The position numbers and the translations under genes were made by a program. A model generated the notes under the pieces. That model was not told where the DNA came from. It ran no database searches and saw only the letters and a list, made by a program, of their open reading frames with translations. From Occultella glacieicola (GTDB lineage: Bacteria; Actinomycetota; Actinomycetes; Actinomycetales; Beutenbergiaceae), in contig NZ_SMNA01000004.1 in assembly GCF_004353825.1 (NCBI RefSeq), positions 310,001 through 374,000 of the forward strand: a stretch of DNA of 64,000 bases, in the 5' to 3' direction. Position 1 is the first letter of the stretch, and each line of letters opens with the position of its first letter. Positions 46,237 to 56,628 of this stretch are shown piece by piece.

Positions 46237-47067
46237 TCAGCGGAGCTCGGTGACCTGCACGTGGTCCATGTCGTCGAAGGACTGGTTCTCCCCGGCCATG
46301 GCCCACACGAACGAGTAGGCGCTGGTGCCGACGCCGGAGTGGACCGACCAGCTCGGAGAGATGACGGCCTGCTCGTTCGCGATCACGACGTGCCGGGTCT
46401 GCGTCGGTTCCCCCATCAGGTGCAGCACCCGGGCCTCGTCCGGCAGGTCGAAGTAGAGGTAGGCCTCCATCCGGCGGTCGTGAGTGTGCGCGGGCATCGT
46501 GTTCCACATGCTGCCCTCGTGCAGGGTGGTCACGCCCATCACCACCTGGCAGGACCGCACGCCGTCCGCGTGGATGTACTGGTTGAGGGTGCGCCGGTTC
46601 GAGGTGCTCTGCTCACCGAGCTCGCGCACGTTGCCCTCGCCCGGCCGGACCAGCGTGGTCGGGTACGCGGTGTGCGCAGGTGCGGAGAAGCCGTAGAACC
46701 GCGCCGGTTCAGCGGTGTCGGAGGAGGCGAAGGTGACGTGCTCGGCGCCCCGGCCGACGTACAGGCAGGCGCCGTGGATGAGTTCGTACGCCGCGCCGTC
46801 GACCGTGACGGTGCCGGCGGCGCCGACATTCACGATCCCGATCTCGCGCCGGGAGAGGAAGTGCTCGGCGCGCAGCTCCGCCGGTGCGACCAGGCCGAGC
46901 GGCCGGTCCGTCGGCACAGCGCCGACCAGGACCACGCGGTCCTGGTGGGAGTACGTCACGCTCACCTCCCCCGGGGTGAAGAGGTCCTCGACGAGGAACC
47001 GGTCGCGCAGCGCGTCGGTGTCCATCGAACCGATCTCGGTGGGGGAGGTGGCGTAGCGGATGTCCAC
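46237..47067 (-). CDS. kduI: 5-dehydro-4-deoxy-D-glucuronate isomerase
   Basis: YSHQDR, FLSRREIG, SNRR, WNTMPAHTHDRRMEAYLYF, SPSWSVHSG, WAMAGENQ. Confidence 0.95.
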   Translation of the reverse strand: MDIRYATSPTEIGSMDTDALRDRFLVEDLFTPGEVSVTYSHQDRVVLVGAVPTDRPLGLVAPAELRAEHFLSRREIGIVNVGAAGTVTVDGAAYELIHGACLYVGRGAEHVTFASSDTAEPARFYGFSAPAHTAYPTTLVRPGEGNVRELGEQSTSNRRTLNQYIHADGVRSCQVVMGVTTLHEGSMWNTMPAHTHDRRMEAYLYFDLPDEARVLHLMGEPTQTRHVVIANEQAVISPSWSVHSGVGTSAYSFVWAMAGENQSFDDMDHVQVTELR

Positions 47068-47127
47068 GTCAGGAGCCTGCTTTCGTCTGGGCCCGGCGGT
47101 GGGCGCCGCCGGGATCGTGATGAGGAG

Positions 47128-48108
47128 TCAGTGGGCGGCGCGGCCGGTCTCGAGGACCTCGGGGTTGAGGATGTTGCGGGGGCGCTTTCCCGCCACGACG
47201 TCCACGGCGTTCTCGGCCGTGCGCCGCTTCAGCTCGGAGTAGGACTCCTCGGTGTAGAAGGCCGCGTGCGGGGTGAGGATCACGTTGTCGAACCTGGTCA
47301 GCGGGTGCTCCGCCCCGATCGGTTCCTCCTCCAGCACGTCGATCCCGGCGGCGTGCAGGCGGCCGGACTCGAGCGCCGCCACGAGCGCGGCGGAGTCCAC
47401 GACGCCCCCACGCGCGGTGTTGACCAGGATCGCGCCCGGCTTCATCGCGGCGAAGGCGGCGGCGTCGATCAGATGCAGGCTCGCCGCGTCGAGCGGGGTG
47501 TGCACGCTGATGACGTCCGACTCGGCGAGCAACTGCTCCCGGGAGACGGCGAGCCACCCCTCCGGCCGGACCTCACCGGGGGTGAAGAGCACGTCGTGGA
47601 CGAGCACCGTGAACCCCAGGGCGGCAGCCTTGCGGGCCGTTGCCGACCCGATCCGGCCGCACCCGAGAACGCCGACGGTCTGGTTCGAGAACTGCCGGAT
47701 CGGCAGCGCCGGCTCGAGTTCGTGCCGGCCCGCACGGATACCCCGGTCGAGGTTCACGAGGCCCCGGATGGTGCCGAGCACCAGGGCGATCGCGTGGTCC
47801 GAGACCGCCTCCGTACCGTAGTCGGGCACGTTGCAGACGGCCACGCCCAGCTCGGTCGCCGCCTCGACGTCGACCGTGTCCACGCCGACGCCGTAACGGC
47901 TGATCACCTTCACGTCCGGCAGGGCCTCGAGCACCTCGCGGGTGATCTTGGCGTACTGGACGATCAGGCCGTCCGCCCCGGCCGCACCGGCGATGACGTC
48001 CGCCGGTGCGTTGGTCTGGTTGAGCGTGAACTCACCCCCGGCGGCCGTGACCACTTCGCGTTCGAGGTCCAGGGTGGCGTGGTCGCAGTCGGTGACGACG
48101 ATGCGCAT
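47128..48108 (-). CDS. D-isomer-specific 2-hydroxyacid dehydrogenase (CtBP-like)
   Basis: RYGVGVD, NVPDY, GCGRIG, HTPL, NTARG, DVLEEEP, TPHAAF. Confidence 0.92.
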   Translation of the reverse strand: MRIVVTDCDHATLDLEREVVTAAGGEFTLNQTNAPADVIAGAAGADGLIVQYAKITREVLEALPDVKVISRYGVGVDTVDVEAATELGVAVCNVPDYGTEAVSDHAIALVLGTIRGLVNLDRGIRAGRHELEPALPIRQFSNQTVGVLGCGRIGSATARKAAALGFTVLVHDVLFTPGEVRPEGWLAVSREQLLAESDVISVHTPLDAASLHLIDAAAFAAMKPGAILVNTARGGVVDSAALVAALESGRLHAAGIDVLEEEPIGAEHPLTRFDNVILTPHAAFYTEESYSELKRRTAENAVDVVAGKRPRNILNPEVLETGRAAH

Positions 48109-48124
48109 CGGTGCTTCCTTTCAG

Positions 48125-49432
48125 CTAGATGAGGCCGAGTAGTCCGGGTAGCCACAGGGACAGTGCCGGCACGAACTGGATGATCAGCAGCATCACGATC
48201 AGCGACACGTAGAACCAGAGCAGGGGCTTGAAGACCCGCTCCACCTTCACCTCGGCCACCTTGGCACCGACGAACAGGACCGGTGCCGATGGTGGTGATA
48301 TGACCGCGATACACATGTTGAAGACCAGCATGATGCCGAAGTGGATCGGGCTGATCCCGTACGCCTCCACCGCGATCGGCAGGAAGATCGGCGTGAAGAT
48401 CAGCACGGCAGGGGTGGCGTCGAGCGGGATCCCGATGATCAGCAGGATGACCATCATGATCAGCAGGAAGACGATCTTGGAGTCGGTGATCTCCGTCATC
48501 CACTGGCCGATCAGCTGCGGCACCCGGGAGTAGGTCATCGCGAAGGACATGATCGAGGACAGCCCGATCAGGAAGATGACCACAGAGGAGGTCCGGGTGG
48601 ACTGCAGCAGGATCTTCGGGAAGTCCTTGACCTTCACGGCCCGGTAGATCATCGCCAGGGCCGCCGAGACGACCACGGAGACCGCGGCGCCCTCGGTGGG
48701 GGTGAAGAACCCGAAGATGATCCCACCGATGACGATCAGCACCATGGACAGGGACGGCAGTGCCCGCCACAGGATCGTCAGGAACGTGCGGAAGTCCGGG
48801 AAGCCCTTCCCGCGCAGTTCCGGCTTCTTGCGGGCGTAGAGCCAGATGATCACGGCGCAGGACAGGCCCCAGAGGATGCCGGGAATGTATCCGGCGACGA
48901 ACAGCGCGCCGACGGATGCCTGGGAGACCAGGGCATACACGATCAGAGTGTTGGACGGGGGGATCAGCATGCCCGATGGGGCCGAGGCCACGTTCGCGGC
49001 GGCCGCCCAGCGCATGTCGTGGCCCTCCTTGCGCTGCTGCGGTGCCATCGAGGATCCGACGGCGGCCGCACCCGCGAGGGCGGAGCCGGAGATCGAACCG
49101 AAGAGCATGTTCGCGATGGCGTTGGTCTGCATGAGAGAGCCGGGCATCCGCCCGGTCATCGCTCTGGCCAGATCGATGAGTCTTGTGGCTATGCCCCCGT
49201 TGTTCATGATGGCGCCGGCCAGCACGAAGAGGGGGATCGCGAGCAGGGCGAAGGAGTCGATGCCGTTGTAGATCTTCTGGGCGCTCGTGTAGATGCCCTG
49301 TTCGTTGCCCTGGAGCAGAACCAGGCAGATCGAGGCGGGAAGTCCGATGGCGACCGAGACCGAGACGCCGAGGGCCATCAGGCCGAACATGCCGATCACC
49401 ATGATGAGGGTGACCATGAGTGCGTCGTTCAT
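48125..49432 (-). CDS. TRAP transporter large permease (DctM)
   Basis: LLAIPLFVLAG, FGSISGS, LIPPS, FTPTE, PIHFG, SPP. Confidence 0.95.
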   Translation of the reverse strand: MNDALMVTLIMVIGMFGLMALGVSVSVAIGLPASICLVLLQGNEQGIYTSAQKIYNGIDSFALLAIPLFVLAGAIMNNGGIATRLIDLARAMTGRMPGSLMQTNAIANMLFGSISGSALAGAAAVGSSMAPQQRKEGHDMRWAAAANVASAPSGMLIPPSNTLIVYALVSQASVGALFVAGYIPGILWGLSCAVIIWLYARKKPELRGKGFPDFRTFLTILWRALPSLSMVLIVIGGIIFGFFTPTEGAAVSVVVSAALAMIYRAVKVKDFPKILLQSTRTSSVVIFLIGLSSIMSFAMTYSRVPQLIGQWMTEITDSKIVFLLIMMVILLIIGIPLDATPAVLIFTPIFLPIAVEAYGISPIHFGIMLVFNMCIAVISPPSAPVLFVGAKVAEVKVERVFKPLLWFYVSLIVMLLIIQFVPALSLWLPGLLGLI

Positions 49433-49433
49433 G

Positions 49434-49976
49434 TCAGATCCCCTCTTCCGCGATCTTGCTGATGTCCACGTCGTCGGGCTCCTCGTGGTGCGTGATCTCC
49501 TCGTCGGAGGCCCGCACGATGTCGATCGTGTGCAGGATGCTGTAGATGACGATCAGGGCACCGGCGATCGGGAGCACCAGGAACGTCTGGCCCTGGGTGA
49601 CCGGCATCAGTTGCACGTGGTCCTCCCAGCCGGCGAGGACGTTGCGCATGCCGCCCCAGATCATGATCCAGACCGCGAAGAAGGCGACGATCGCGTGGGC
49701 CAGGATGGAGACACCCTTCACGGCCTTGACCGGCAGCTTGTTGACGAGCCAGTCGATGGCGACGTCTTCCTTCTCACCGATCACGTAGGCCGCGCCGATG
49801 ATGCCCTGCCAGATGAACACGATCCGTGCGCTCACCTCGGTCCAGGGGAGCGATACCCCCAGGAACCGGACGATCACCTGGGCAATCACCAGGGCGACCA
49901 TGGCCACGAAGAGGATGATGCAGAACCAGCGTAGGAACGCGTTCAACCCCTTGTGGAACCCGTCGATGACCTTCAT
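49434..49976 (-). CDS. TRAP transporter small permease (DctQ)
   Basis: QVIVRF...WTEVSARIVFIW...GAAY; four TM segments. Confidence 0.92.
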   Translation of the reverse strand: MKVIDGFHKGLNAFLRWFCIILFVAMVALVIAQVIVRFLGVSLPWTEVSARIVFIWQGIIGAAYVIGEKEDVAIDWLVNKLPVKAVKGVSILAHAIVAFFAVWIMIWGGMRNVLAGWEDHVQLMPVTQGQTFLVLPIAGALIVIYSILHTIDIVRASDEEITHHEEPDDVDISKIAEEGI

Positions 49977-50015
49977 CGCTGCTCCGATTTCTTGTGGTTC
50001 AGGTGTCTTGAACAG

Positions 50016-50057
50016 CCGAGTGGGGGTGCGGCCGAAGTCGCCCGCACCCCCACTCGG
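50016..50057 (-). terminator. intercistronic stem-loop between dctP and dctQ
   Basis: Perfect 16-bp stem CCGAGTGGGGGTGCGG-N10-CCGCACCCCCACTCGG. Confidence 0.65.
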
Positions 50058-50069
50058 GTCACTGCCTGG

Positions 50070-51146
50070 TCAGCTCCCGGCGGGGAACTGCTCGTTGTAT
50101 TCCTGCACCGCGTCGTAGAGGTCCTGACGCACGGGGTTGTTGATGGACTCCTCCACGAGCGGGGCGACCCGCTCACGGAAGGCCTCGACGTTGACGTCGT
50201 CGTTGAACTGGGCGCCAGCCTCCTCGGAGGCTGCGATCGACTCGTCGATGAACTCCATGAAGCCGGAGTTGGCGCTCTCCACCAGGTCCGGGATGAGGCC
50301 GAGGAAGGCCTCGCGGTCCTCGTCGCTCATCTCGCCGAGGATGTCGGTGTTCATGAGCAGGTAGTCCGGGATCATCAGGTGCCGGGTGTAGGAGTAGTAC
50401 TCCGCAACCTCGTCGTGGTTGAGGGCGTTGTAGACGGTCTCGTTGTTCTCGGCACCGTCGAGCACGCCGGACTGGAGCGCGGTGTAGACCTCGCCCTGGC
50501 CCATCGGGGACGCGACGCCGCCCATCATCTCGATCATCCGAACCTGCGAGTCGGACTGCTGCACGCGCAGCTTCAGACCGGACAGGTCCTCGGGCTCCAC
50601 GATGGGACGCTCGGCGTTGTAGACGTTGCGGACGCCGGCGAACAGGGCCGCGAGGACGGTGATGCCCTTGGACTCCTCGATCGAGGAGAACAGGTCGCCG
50701 GTGACCTCGGTGTCAGCGAACACGCCGGCTTGGGCCTCGATCGAGTCGAACATGTACGGCAGGTTGAACACGATGAAGTCCTCGTTGAAGGACTCCATCA
50801 CGGGCCCGCCGATGTACATCATCTCGACGCTGCCCTCGGAGACGTTGTTCACCACGTCCGCCTGGGTGCCGAGGAGCTCGTTGGCGTACACCTCGATGCC
50901 GTAGCGGCCGTCGGTGGCCTCGTACAGGGCCTCACCGAGCTCGACCGCGGCGATGTACTGCGGGTGCTCCTCGGTCTGGTTGAACGCGAGCCGCCAGACC
51001 GTGTCCGCGCTCGAGACGTCCACGTCACCGCCTCCGTCGCCGCCTCCGTCGCCGCCTTCGATGCCACCGCCGGAACCGCACGCGGCGAGGCCGAGCGTGA
51101 TGGTCAGGGCGGCTGCTGCGGTCGCGAGGACCTTCTTGCGTGTCAT
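50070..51146 (-). CDS. TRAP transporter substrate-binding lipoprotein (DctP)
   Basis: Lipobox LAAC, DLSGLKLRVQ (carboxylate-binding Arg), EVYTALQSGVLDGAENN, TRH. Confidence 0.95.
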   Translation of the reverse strand: MTRKKVLATAAAALTITLGLAACGSGGGIEGGDGGGDGGGDVDVSSADTVWRLAFNQTEEHPQYIAAVELGEALYEATDGRYGIEVYANELLGTQADVVNNVSEGSVEMMYIGGPVMESFNEDFIVFNLPYMFDSIEAQAGVFADTEVTGDLFSSIEESKGITVLAALFAGVRNVYNAERPIVEPEDLSGLKLRVQQSDSQVRMIEMMGGVASPMGQGEVYTALQSGVLDGAENNETVYNALNHDEVAEYYSYTRHLMIPDYLLMNTDILGEMSDEDREAFLGLIPDLVESANSGFMEFIDESIAASEEAGAQFNDDVNVEAFRERVAPLVEESINNPVRQDLYDAVQEYNEQFPAGS

Positions 51147-51251
51147 TACAGACCTCTTCGTCCCGGGGGATCTCACCGAATGTAGTGCGGACGACCGGCG
51201 GCCGCCCCTCGGCTCCGCGATCATCGTGGAACCGTCCCGCCATCGTAGAGC

Positions 51252-51290
51252 AATAGTCATACCAAAGCGGGTGGAATAGTGATATCAAAG
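51252..51290. promoter_or_regulatory. tandem FadR/GntR-type operator candidates in the divergent dctP/reductase region
   Basis: AATAGTCATACCAAAG (51252-51267) and AATAGTGATATCAAAG (51275-51290), 14/16 identical; the minus strand reads TTGGTATGACTA. Confidence 0.55.
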
Positions 51291-51390
51291 TGCCACGGGT
51301 TCCGCAAGTCGTTCCGCAAGGCATGGTGTGATGGCACCCGACGGGTCGGTCGAGGATGTCGATCCGGACGACGAGAGGACCGGGACCACG

Positions 51391-52395
51391 ATGGCGGACA
51401 TGACGAGCGGGACCAGCACGGGCGGCACAGGCGGCACGAACGGCACAGCCGGCACCGGCGGGACGAGCACGGGCGGCACGGCCGGATCGGTCGGCGGCGA
51501 GCGGCGGGCCGCCGGCACCAGGGTCGGTGTCATCGGGCTGGGCGTGATGGGTGCACCGATGGCCCGGCACATGGTGACGGCGGGCATCCCCACCACGGTA
51601 TGGGCCCGGCGCCCCGCGACCACACAGGCGCTCGCCGAGCACGGCGCCTCGGTCGCGGCATCGGCTGTCGAACTCGCCGCCGCGAGTGACGTGGTGGTAC
51701 TGGTGCTGCCGGGGATGCCGGAGATCGACGCGGTGCTCGAGGGTCCGGACGGACTGCTCGCCGGCGGACGGGACCGGGTCCTGGTGATCTGCTCGACGGT
51801 GTCACCGCGGGCCGTGCGGGAACTCGCGGAGCGCCCGGGCCTGCGCGACGCCGGCTGGCGCGTCGTGGACGCCCCGATCTCCGGCGGCGAGCAGGGCGCG
51901 GAGGCCGGCACCCTGGCCATCTTCGTCGGCGGTGAGGCCGAGGACGTCGCGGTCGTCGCGCCGGTCCTGGGTGCGACCGGGACGCCGGTGCACCTCGGAC
52001 CGCTCGGCTCCGGCCAGGTGGGCAAGGCGTGCAACCAGGTGATCGTGGCCGCCACCGTGACCGCGCTCGGCGAGGCCGCGGTCCTCGCGGAACGCTCCGG
52101 ACTGGATGTCGCAGCGCTGTTCGACCTGCTCGGCGGCGGGTATGCCGGATCGCGCCTGCTCGAGGTGAAGAAGGACCGGTTCGTCGCGCACGACCACTCG
52201 CCCTCCGGCGCCGCCAAGTACATGGTCAAGGACCTCACCGGAGCGCTCGACCAGGCCGAGGACGCGCGCACGGTGCTGCCGCTGACCACCCAGCTCCTGA
52301 CCACGTTCACCGACCTGACCGCAGCCGGACTCGGGGACAACGACACGGCCGTCGTGCAGGCCTGGATCGAACGGCAGGGCGAGCCGGCCTCGTAG
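51391..52395 (+). CDS. NAD(P)-dependent oxidoreductase, 3-hydroxyisobutyrate dehydrogenase/tartronate-semialdehyde reductase family
   Basis: GLGVMGAPMA, DAPISGG, GSGQVGKACNQ, KDL; Gly/Thr-rich N-terminal extension. Start uncertain (51391 or 51400). Confidence 0.9.
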   Translation: MADMTSGTSTGGTGGTNGTAGTGGTSTGGTAGSVGGERRAAGTRVGVIGLGVMGAPMARHMVTAGIPTTVWARRPATTQALAEHGASVAASAVELAAASDVVVLVLPGMPEIDAVLEGPDGLLAGGRDRVLVICSTVSPRAVRELAERPGLRDAGWRVVDAPISGGEQGAEAGTLAIFVGGEAEDVAVVAPVLGATGTPVHLGPLGSGQVGKACNQVIVAATVTALGEAAVLAERSGLDVAALFDLLGGGYAGSRLLEVKKDRFVAHDHSPSGAAKYMVKDLTGALDQAEDARTVLPLTTQLLTTFTDLTAAGLGDNDTAVVQAWIERQGEPAS

Positions 52396-52419
52396 GAGGC
52401 GTTGCCGAGGCCGGGCGGC

Positions 52420-52434
52420 ATTGGTAGTATCAAT
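52420..52434. promoter_or_regulatory. FadR/GntR-type operator candidate upstream of the SDR-idnD pair
   Basis: Imperfect palindrome ATTGGTAGTATCAAT, related to the 51252-51290 sites. Confidence 0.5.
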
Positions 52435-52508
52435 TCCTGTTCGGGCTCAGCCCGCAATGATGCGCACCGCGACTTCGCGGTTCCACCCCCGTTCTACGAA
52501 GGTGACCG

Positions 52509-53279
52509 ATGACGACTTCCCTCTTCGACCTCAGCGGCCGACTCGCGTTCGTGACCGGCTCCGCCCGGGGCATCGGTAATGCGCTGGCGCTCGGGCTGGC
52601 CCAGGCCGGCGCGGACGTCGTCGTGCACGGTCGGGACGCCGCGGCGACGGCCGAGGCCGCCGAGAGGATCGCCGCCGAGACCGGCGTGCGGACCCACACG
52701 GTCAGCTTCGACGTCACCGACCCCGACGTGGTCCGCACCCAGGTGGCCGGTCTGATCGAGGAGGTCGGCGTGCCGGACATCCTCGTGAACAACGCCGGGA
52801 TGCAGCACCGGGCGCCGTTCAACTCCTTCCCCGTCGACAAGTGGGACCAGGTGCTCGCCACCAACCTGTCCTCGGTCTTCTACGTCTCGCAGCCGATCAC
52901 GACCGCGATGGCCGAGCGTGGCTCCGGGAAGGTCATCAACATCGGCTCGGCGATGTCCGCGTTGGCCCGCCAGACCATCGCCCCCTACACCGCCTCCAAG
53001 GGCGGTGTGGTGATGCTGACCAAGGGCATGGCGGCGGATCTGGCCCGCTTCGACATCCAGGTGAACGCGATCTCACCCGGCTACTTCGCCTCCGAGATGA
53101 ACCGCGACCTGTGGAGCGACCCGGAGTTCGACGGCTGGCTCAAGAACCGCACCCCCGCCAACCGCTGGGGCCGGCTGGAGGAACTCGTCGGCGCCGCGGT
53201 GTTCCTGTCCTCCGACGCTTCGAGCTTCGTCTCCGGCCAGAACATCCACGTCGATGGCGGCCTGACCTCCGTCGTCTGA
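52509..53279 (+). CDS. gluconate 5-dehydrogenase (IdnO)/KduD-like SDR
   Basis: LFDLSGR, TGSARGIG, NNAGMQHR, ARQTIAPYTASKG, SPGYF, RTPANRWG, VDGG. Confidence 0.9.
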   Translation: MTTSLFDLSGRLAFVTGSARGIGNALALGLAQAGADVVVHGRDAAATAEAAERIAAETGVRTHTVSFDVTDPDVVRTQVAGLIEEVGVPDILVNNAGMQHRAPFNSFPVDKWDQVLATNLSSVFYVSQPITTAMAERGSGKVINIGSAMSALARQTIAPYTASKGGVVMLTKGMAADLARFDIQVNAISPGYFASEMNRDLWSDPEFDGWLKNRTPANRWGRLEELVGAAVFLSSDASSFVSGQNIHVDGGLTSVV

Positions 53280-53345
53280 CCCGGTCGTGCCGCGGCGCCG
53301 CGGCACGCATCCCATCCCGATCCTTCTTTCAGCAAAGGAACCCGC

Positions 53346-54350
53346 GTGCGCGCACTCAGCATCCACGGCAAGGAAGACCTCAGGCCCCTCGACGTCGAGC
53401 TCCCCGAGCCCGGCCCGGACCAGGTCCGGATCAAGGTCGCCTACGTGGGCATCTGCGGCTCCGACCTGCACTACTACTTCCACGGCGCGAACGGCGCGTT
53501 CGTGGTCCGCGAGCCGCTCGTGCCCGGCCACGAGCTCTCCGGCACGGTCGACTCCGACCCGAGCGGCCGCCTGGCCCCGGGCACCCCGGTCACCGTGCAT
53601 CCGGCCACGTTCGGGCCGGTCGTGGACGGGCTCGACGACGCCCGGCACCTGTGGCCCGGCGGTTCCTACCTCGGGTCCGCCTCGACCTGGCCGCACACCC
53701 AGGGCGGCATGACCGAGTACCTCGTGGTCGGCGCGGACATGATCCGCGAACTTCCCGCGGACCTGCCGCTGACCCGGGCCGCCCTGGCCGAACCGCTCGC
53801 CGTCGCCCTGCACGGCGTCGGCCAGGCGGGCGGCGTCGCCGGCGCCCGCGTCCTGGTCAGCGGGGCCGGCCCGATCGGGCTGCTCACCGCGTTCGCCGCG
53901 AAGGCGCTCGGCGCCGCCCACGTGACCGTCTCCGACGTGGTGCCCGAACCGCTCGAGCGAGCCACCGCCGTCGGCGCGGACGCCACGATCCTGCTCGGCA
54001 CCGACGAGGTGCCGGCGAACGCCTATGACGTGGTGCTCGAGTGCGCGGGCGTGCCCGCCTCGATCAGCACCGCGATCGGCGCGGTGCGCCCCCGCGGCGT
54101 GGTCGCCCAGGTCGGCATGCTCCCGAACCAGGAGGTCTCGGTGCTGCTCGCTCCGCTGATCTCCAAGGAGGCCCGCCTGGTCGGCTGCTTCCGCTTCGAC
54201 GACGAGATCGGCGACGCTGTGCGGCTGCTGGCCGCGCACCCGGAGGCCGAAGCCGTGGTGACGCACGTGATCGACGCGAGTGACGCCGTCGGGGCGTTCG
54301 CGACCGCGAAGGACAGCCGCGCCTCGGGCAAGGTGCTCGTCGCGCTCTGA
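53346..54350 (+). CDS. idnD: L-idonate 5-dehydrogenase-like Zn-dependent dehydrogenase
   Basis: GICGSDLHYY, GHE, YLGSA..PH..GG, AEPLAVALH, GAGPIG, GCFRF, SGKV. Confidence 0.85.
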   Translation: MRALSIHGKEDLRPLDVELPEPGPDQVRIKVAYVGICGSDLHYYFHGANGAFVVREPLVPGHELSGTVDSDPSGRLAPGTPVTVHPATFGPVVDGLDDARHLWPGGSYLGSASTWPHTQGGMTEYLVVGADMIRELPADLPLTRAALAEPLAVALHGVGQAGGVAGARVLVSGAGPIGLLTAFAAKALGAAHVTVSDVVPEPLERATAVGADATILLGTDEVPANAYDVVLECAGVPASISTAIGAVRPRGVVAQVGMLPNQEVSVLLAPLISKEARLVGCFRFDDEIGDAVRLLAAHPEAEAVVTHVIDASDAVGAFATAKDSRASGKVLVAL

Positions 54351-54391
54351 GCCCGGGCCGGATCGGAAGGGGGGCGCGTGCGGAGCCGGAG

Positions 54392-55081
54392 TCAGCCGAT
54401 CTCGTCCCGGACCACCGACAGCATGGTCCGGGAGGCCTCCTCGGCCGCCTGCGCGCTGCCCTCGGCCACGGCGCTCGCCGCGCTGACGTGGCAGGCCATG
54501 GCGAGCGGGTTCGGGTGCGCCGGCGTCAGTCCGAGGTGGGACCGGCCGCTGAGCACCTCGGTGACCGCCGGCTCGAGCGCGAGCAGCATCGGGTTGCCGC
54601 TGGCCCGCAGCAGCGTGACGTGGAACTGCACGTCCACCTCGAGGTACTCCTCGGAGTCGCCTCGTCCGGCGTCCCCGATCGCGGTCAGCTGCTTGACCAG
54701 GTCGAGCAGGAGCGTGCGCTGCTCGGGCGTGGCGTGCTGCGCGGCCAGCCGGGTGGCGGTGGGCTCGATGGCGATCCGCAGGTCCATGAGCGCGAGCAGC
54801 TGGGCGTCGCGGCCCGCGCCGGCGAGGTTCCACCGGATCACCTGCGGGTCCAGCACGTTCCAGTCCTGGGCCGGGGACACGATCAGGCCGACCCGCCTCC
54901 GCGCGGTGATCATCCCGAGCGCCTGCAGCGCGCGCATCGCCTCGCGGGCCACGGTCCGCGAGACCGCGAACTCCTGCTCCAGGCTCGCCAGCGACATCAC
55001 CTCGCGGGGTGCGAGTTCGCCGCCGACGATGCGGCTGCCGAGCACGTCGACCATGTGCTCGTACATGGAGGCCTTTGCCAT
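54392..55081 (-). CDS. FadR/GntR family transcriptional regulator
   Basis: FAVSRTVAREAM wHTH, WNVLDPQVIRW, FCD domain (DVQFH, SGNP). Confidence 0.92.
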   Translation of the reverse strand: MAKASMYEHMVDVLGSRIVGGELAPREVMSLASLEQEFAVSRTVAREAMRALQALGMITARRRVGLIVSPAQDWNVLDPQVIRWNLAGAGRDAQLLALMDLRIAIEPTATRLAAQHATPEQRTLLLDLVKQLTAIGDAGRGDSEEYLEVDVQFHVTLLRASGNPMLLALEPAVTEVLSGRSHLGLTPAHPNPLAMACHVSAASAVAEGSAQAAEEASRTMLSVVRDEIG

Positions 55082-55131
55082 CGTTGCCAATCTCCGAACC
55101 GGGGGTGAAGCACCCGCGCACTGAACCCGTG

Positions 55132-55205
55132 ACATCTGATCTTTGTGGCTAAATCTAGCCGAAATCGCACCCGATTCCTAGTCAGGGTGGTAATTCATCA
55201 GATGA
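55132..55205. promoter_or_regulatory. CATCnGATG-type operator candidates upstream of the fuconate dehydratase
   Basis: TCATCAGATGA palindrome at 55195-55205 and near-copy ACATCTGATCT at 55132-55142. Confidence 0.55.
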
Positions 55206-55293
55206 CTCAATAGGGTTCTCGGCGTGCGCACCCGCGCCCGCATCCGACACCGGATGCCCGGCAGGCAGCAGAAGAACCAGCCAGGAGAATCCC

Positions 55294-56628
55294 ATGACTC
55301 GCATCGTCGGCGTCGACATCGAGGACGTCCGCTTCCCCACCTCCCTCACGGCCGACGGGTCGGACGCGATGAACAAGGACGGGGACTACTCCGCCGCGTA
55401 CGTCGTGCTGCGCACCGACGGACAGGCTCCCGACGGCGCCCCGTTGGCCGGTCATGGCCTCACCTTCACGATCGGTCGGGGCAACGACATCGTCGCCGCG
55501 GCGGCGCGCGAGCAGGCGGCGCACCTTCTCGGGCGCGACGTCGCCGAGGTCGTGGCCGACCTCGGCGGGGTGTACCGGGAGCTGACCGCCGACTCCCAGC
55601 TCCGTTGGCTCGGGCCGGAGAAGGGCGTGGTCCACCTGTCCCTGTCCGCCGTCATGAACGCGGTCTGGGACCTCGCGGCCCGAGCGGCGGGCAAGCCGCT
55701 GTGGCGGCTGCTCGCGGACCTGAGTCCGGAGCAACTGGTCGACGTTGCGGATCTGCGGTACCTGTCCGACGCGCTCACCCGGGACGAGGCGATCGCGATC
55801 CTGCGGGCCCAGGAGGCCGGCAAGGCCGAGCGGATCGCCGAACTCGAGCGGACCGGGTACCCCTGCTACACGACCTCCGCGGGCTGGCTCGGTTACAGCG
55901 ACGACAAGCTCCGGCGGCTCTGCCAGGAGGCGGTCGACTCCGGCTACGACCACATCAAGCTCAAGGTGGGTGCGAACCTGGAGGACGACATCCGCCGCTG
56001 CGGGATCGCCCGCGAGGTGATCGGCCCGGACCGGACCCTGATGATCGACGCGAACCAGGTCTGGGACGTGCCGCAGGCGATCGAGTGGACGAACGCCCTG
56101 GCCCGGTTCGACCTGCTCTGGATCGAGGAGCCGACCTCGCCCGACGACATCCTCGGCCACGCCGCGATCAAGGCGGGCGTGGCGCCGGTCGGGGTCGCCA
56201 CCGGCGAGCACTGCCACAACCGGGTGATGTTCAAGCAGTTCCTGCAGGCCGGGGCGATGGACTACTGCCAGCTCGACACCGGTCGGCTGGCCAGCCTCAA
56301 CGAGATCATCGCGGTGCTCCTGCTGGCCGCCAAGTTCGAGGTGCCGGTGTGCCCGCACGCCGGCGGGGTGGGGCTGTGCGAGATGGTCCAGCACGTCTCG
56401 ATGCTCGATTTCGTCGCGGTCTCCGGCACCCGTGAGGGTCGGATCACCGAGTTCGTCGACCACCTGCACGAGCACTTCACCGACCCGTGCGTCGTCGCGA
56501 ACGCCGCCTACCGGGTGCCGACCCGGCCGGGCTACTCCACGCAACTGCACGAGGAGTCGATCGCCGAGTTCCGGTTCCCCCGTGGCAGCTACTGGGCCGG
56601 GCGCGCGCTCGCCGAGTCGACGGCGTGA
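55294..56628 (+). CDS. L-fuconate dehydratase (enolase superfamily, FucD/rTS-like)
   Basis: [86 protein letters not shown]. Confidence 0.92.
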   Translation: MTRIVGVDIEDVRFPTSLTADGSDAMNKDGDYSAAYVVLRTDGQAPDGAPLAGHGLTFTIGRGNDIVAAAAREQAAHLLGRDVAEVVADLGGVYRELTADSQLRWLGPEKGVVHLSLSAVMNAVWDLAARAAGKPLWRLLADLSPEQLVDVADLRYLSDALTRDEAIAILRAQEAGKAERIAELERTGYPCYTTSAGWLGYSDDKLRRLCQEAVDSGYDHIKLKVGANLEDDIRRCGIAREVIGPDRTLMIDANQVWDVPQAIEWTNALARFDLLWIEEPTSPDDILGHAAIKAGVAPVGVATGEHCHNRVMFKQFLQAGAMDYCQLDTGRLASLNEIIAVLLLAAKFEVPVCPHAGGVGLCEMVQHVSMLDFVAVSGTREGRITEFVDHLHEHFTDPCVVANAAYRVPTRPGYSTQLHEESIAEFRFPRGSYWAGRALAESTA

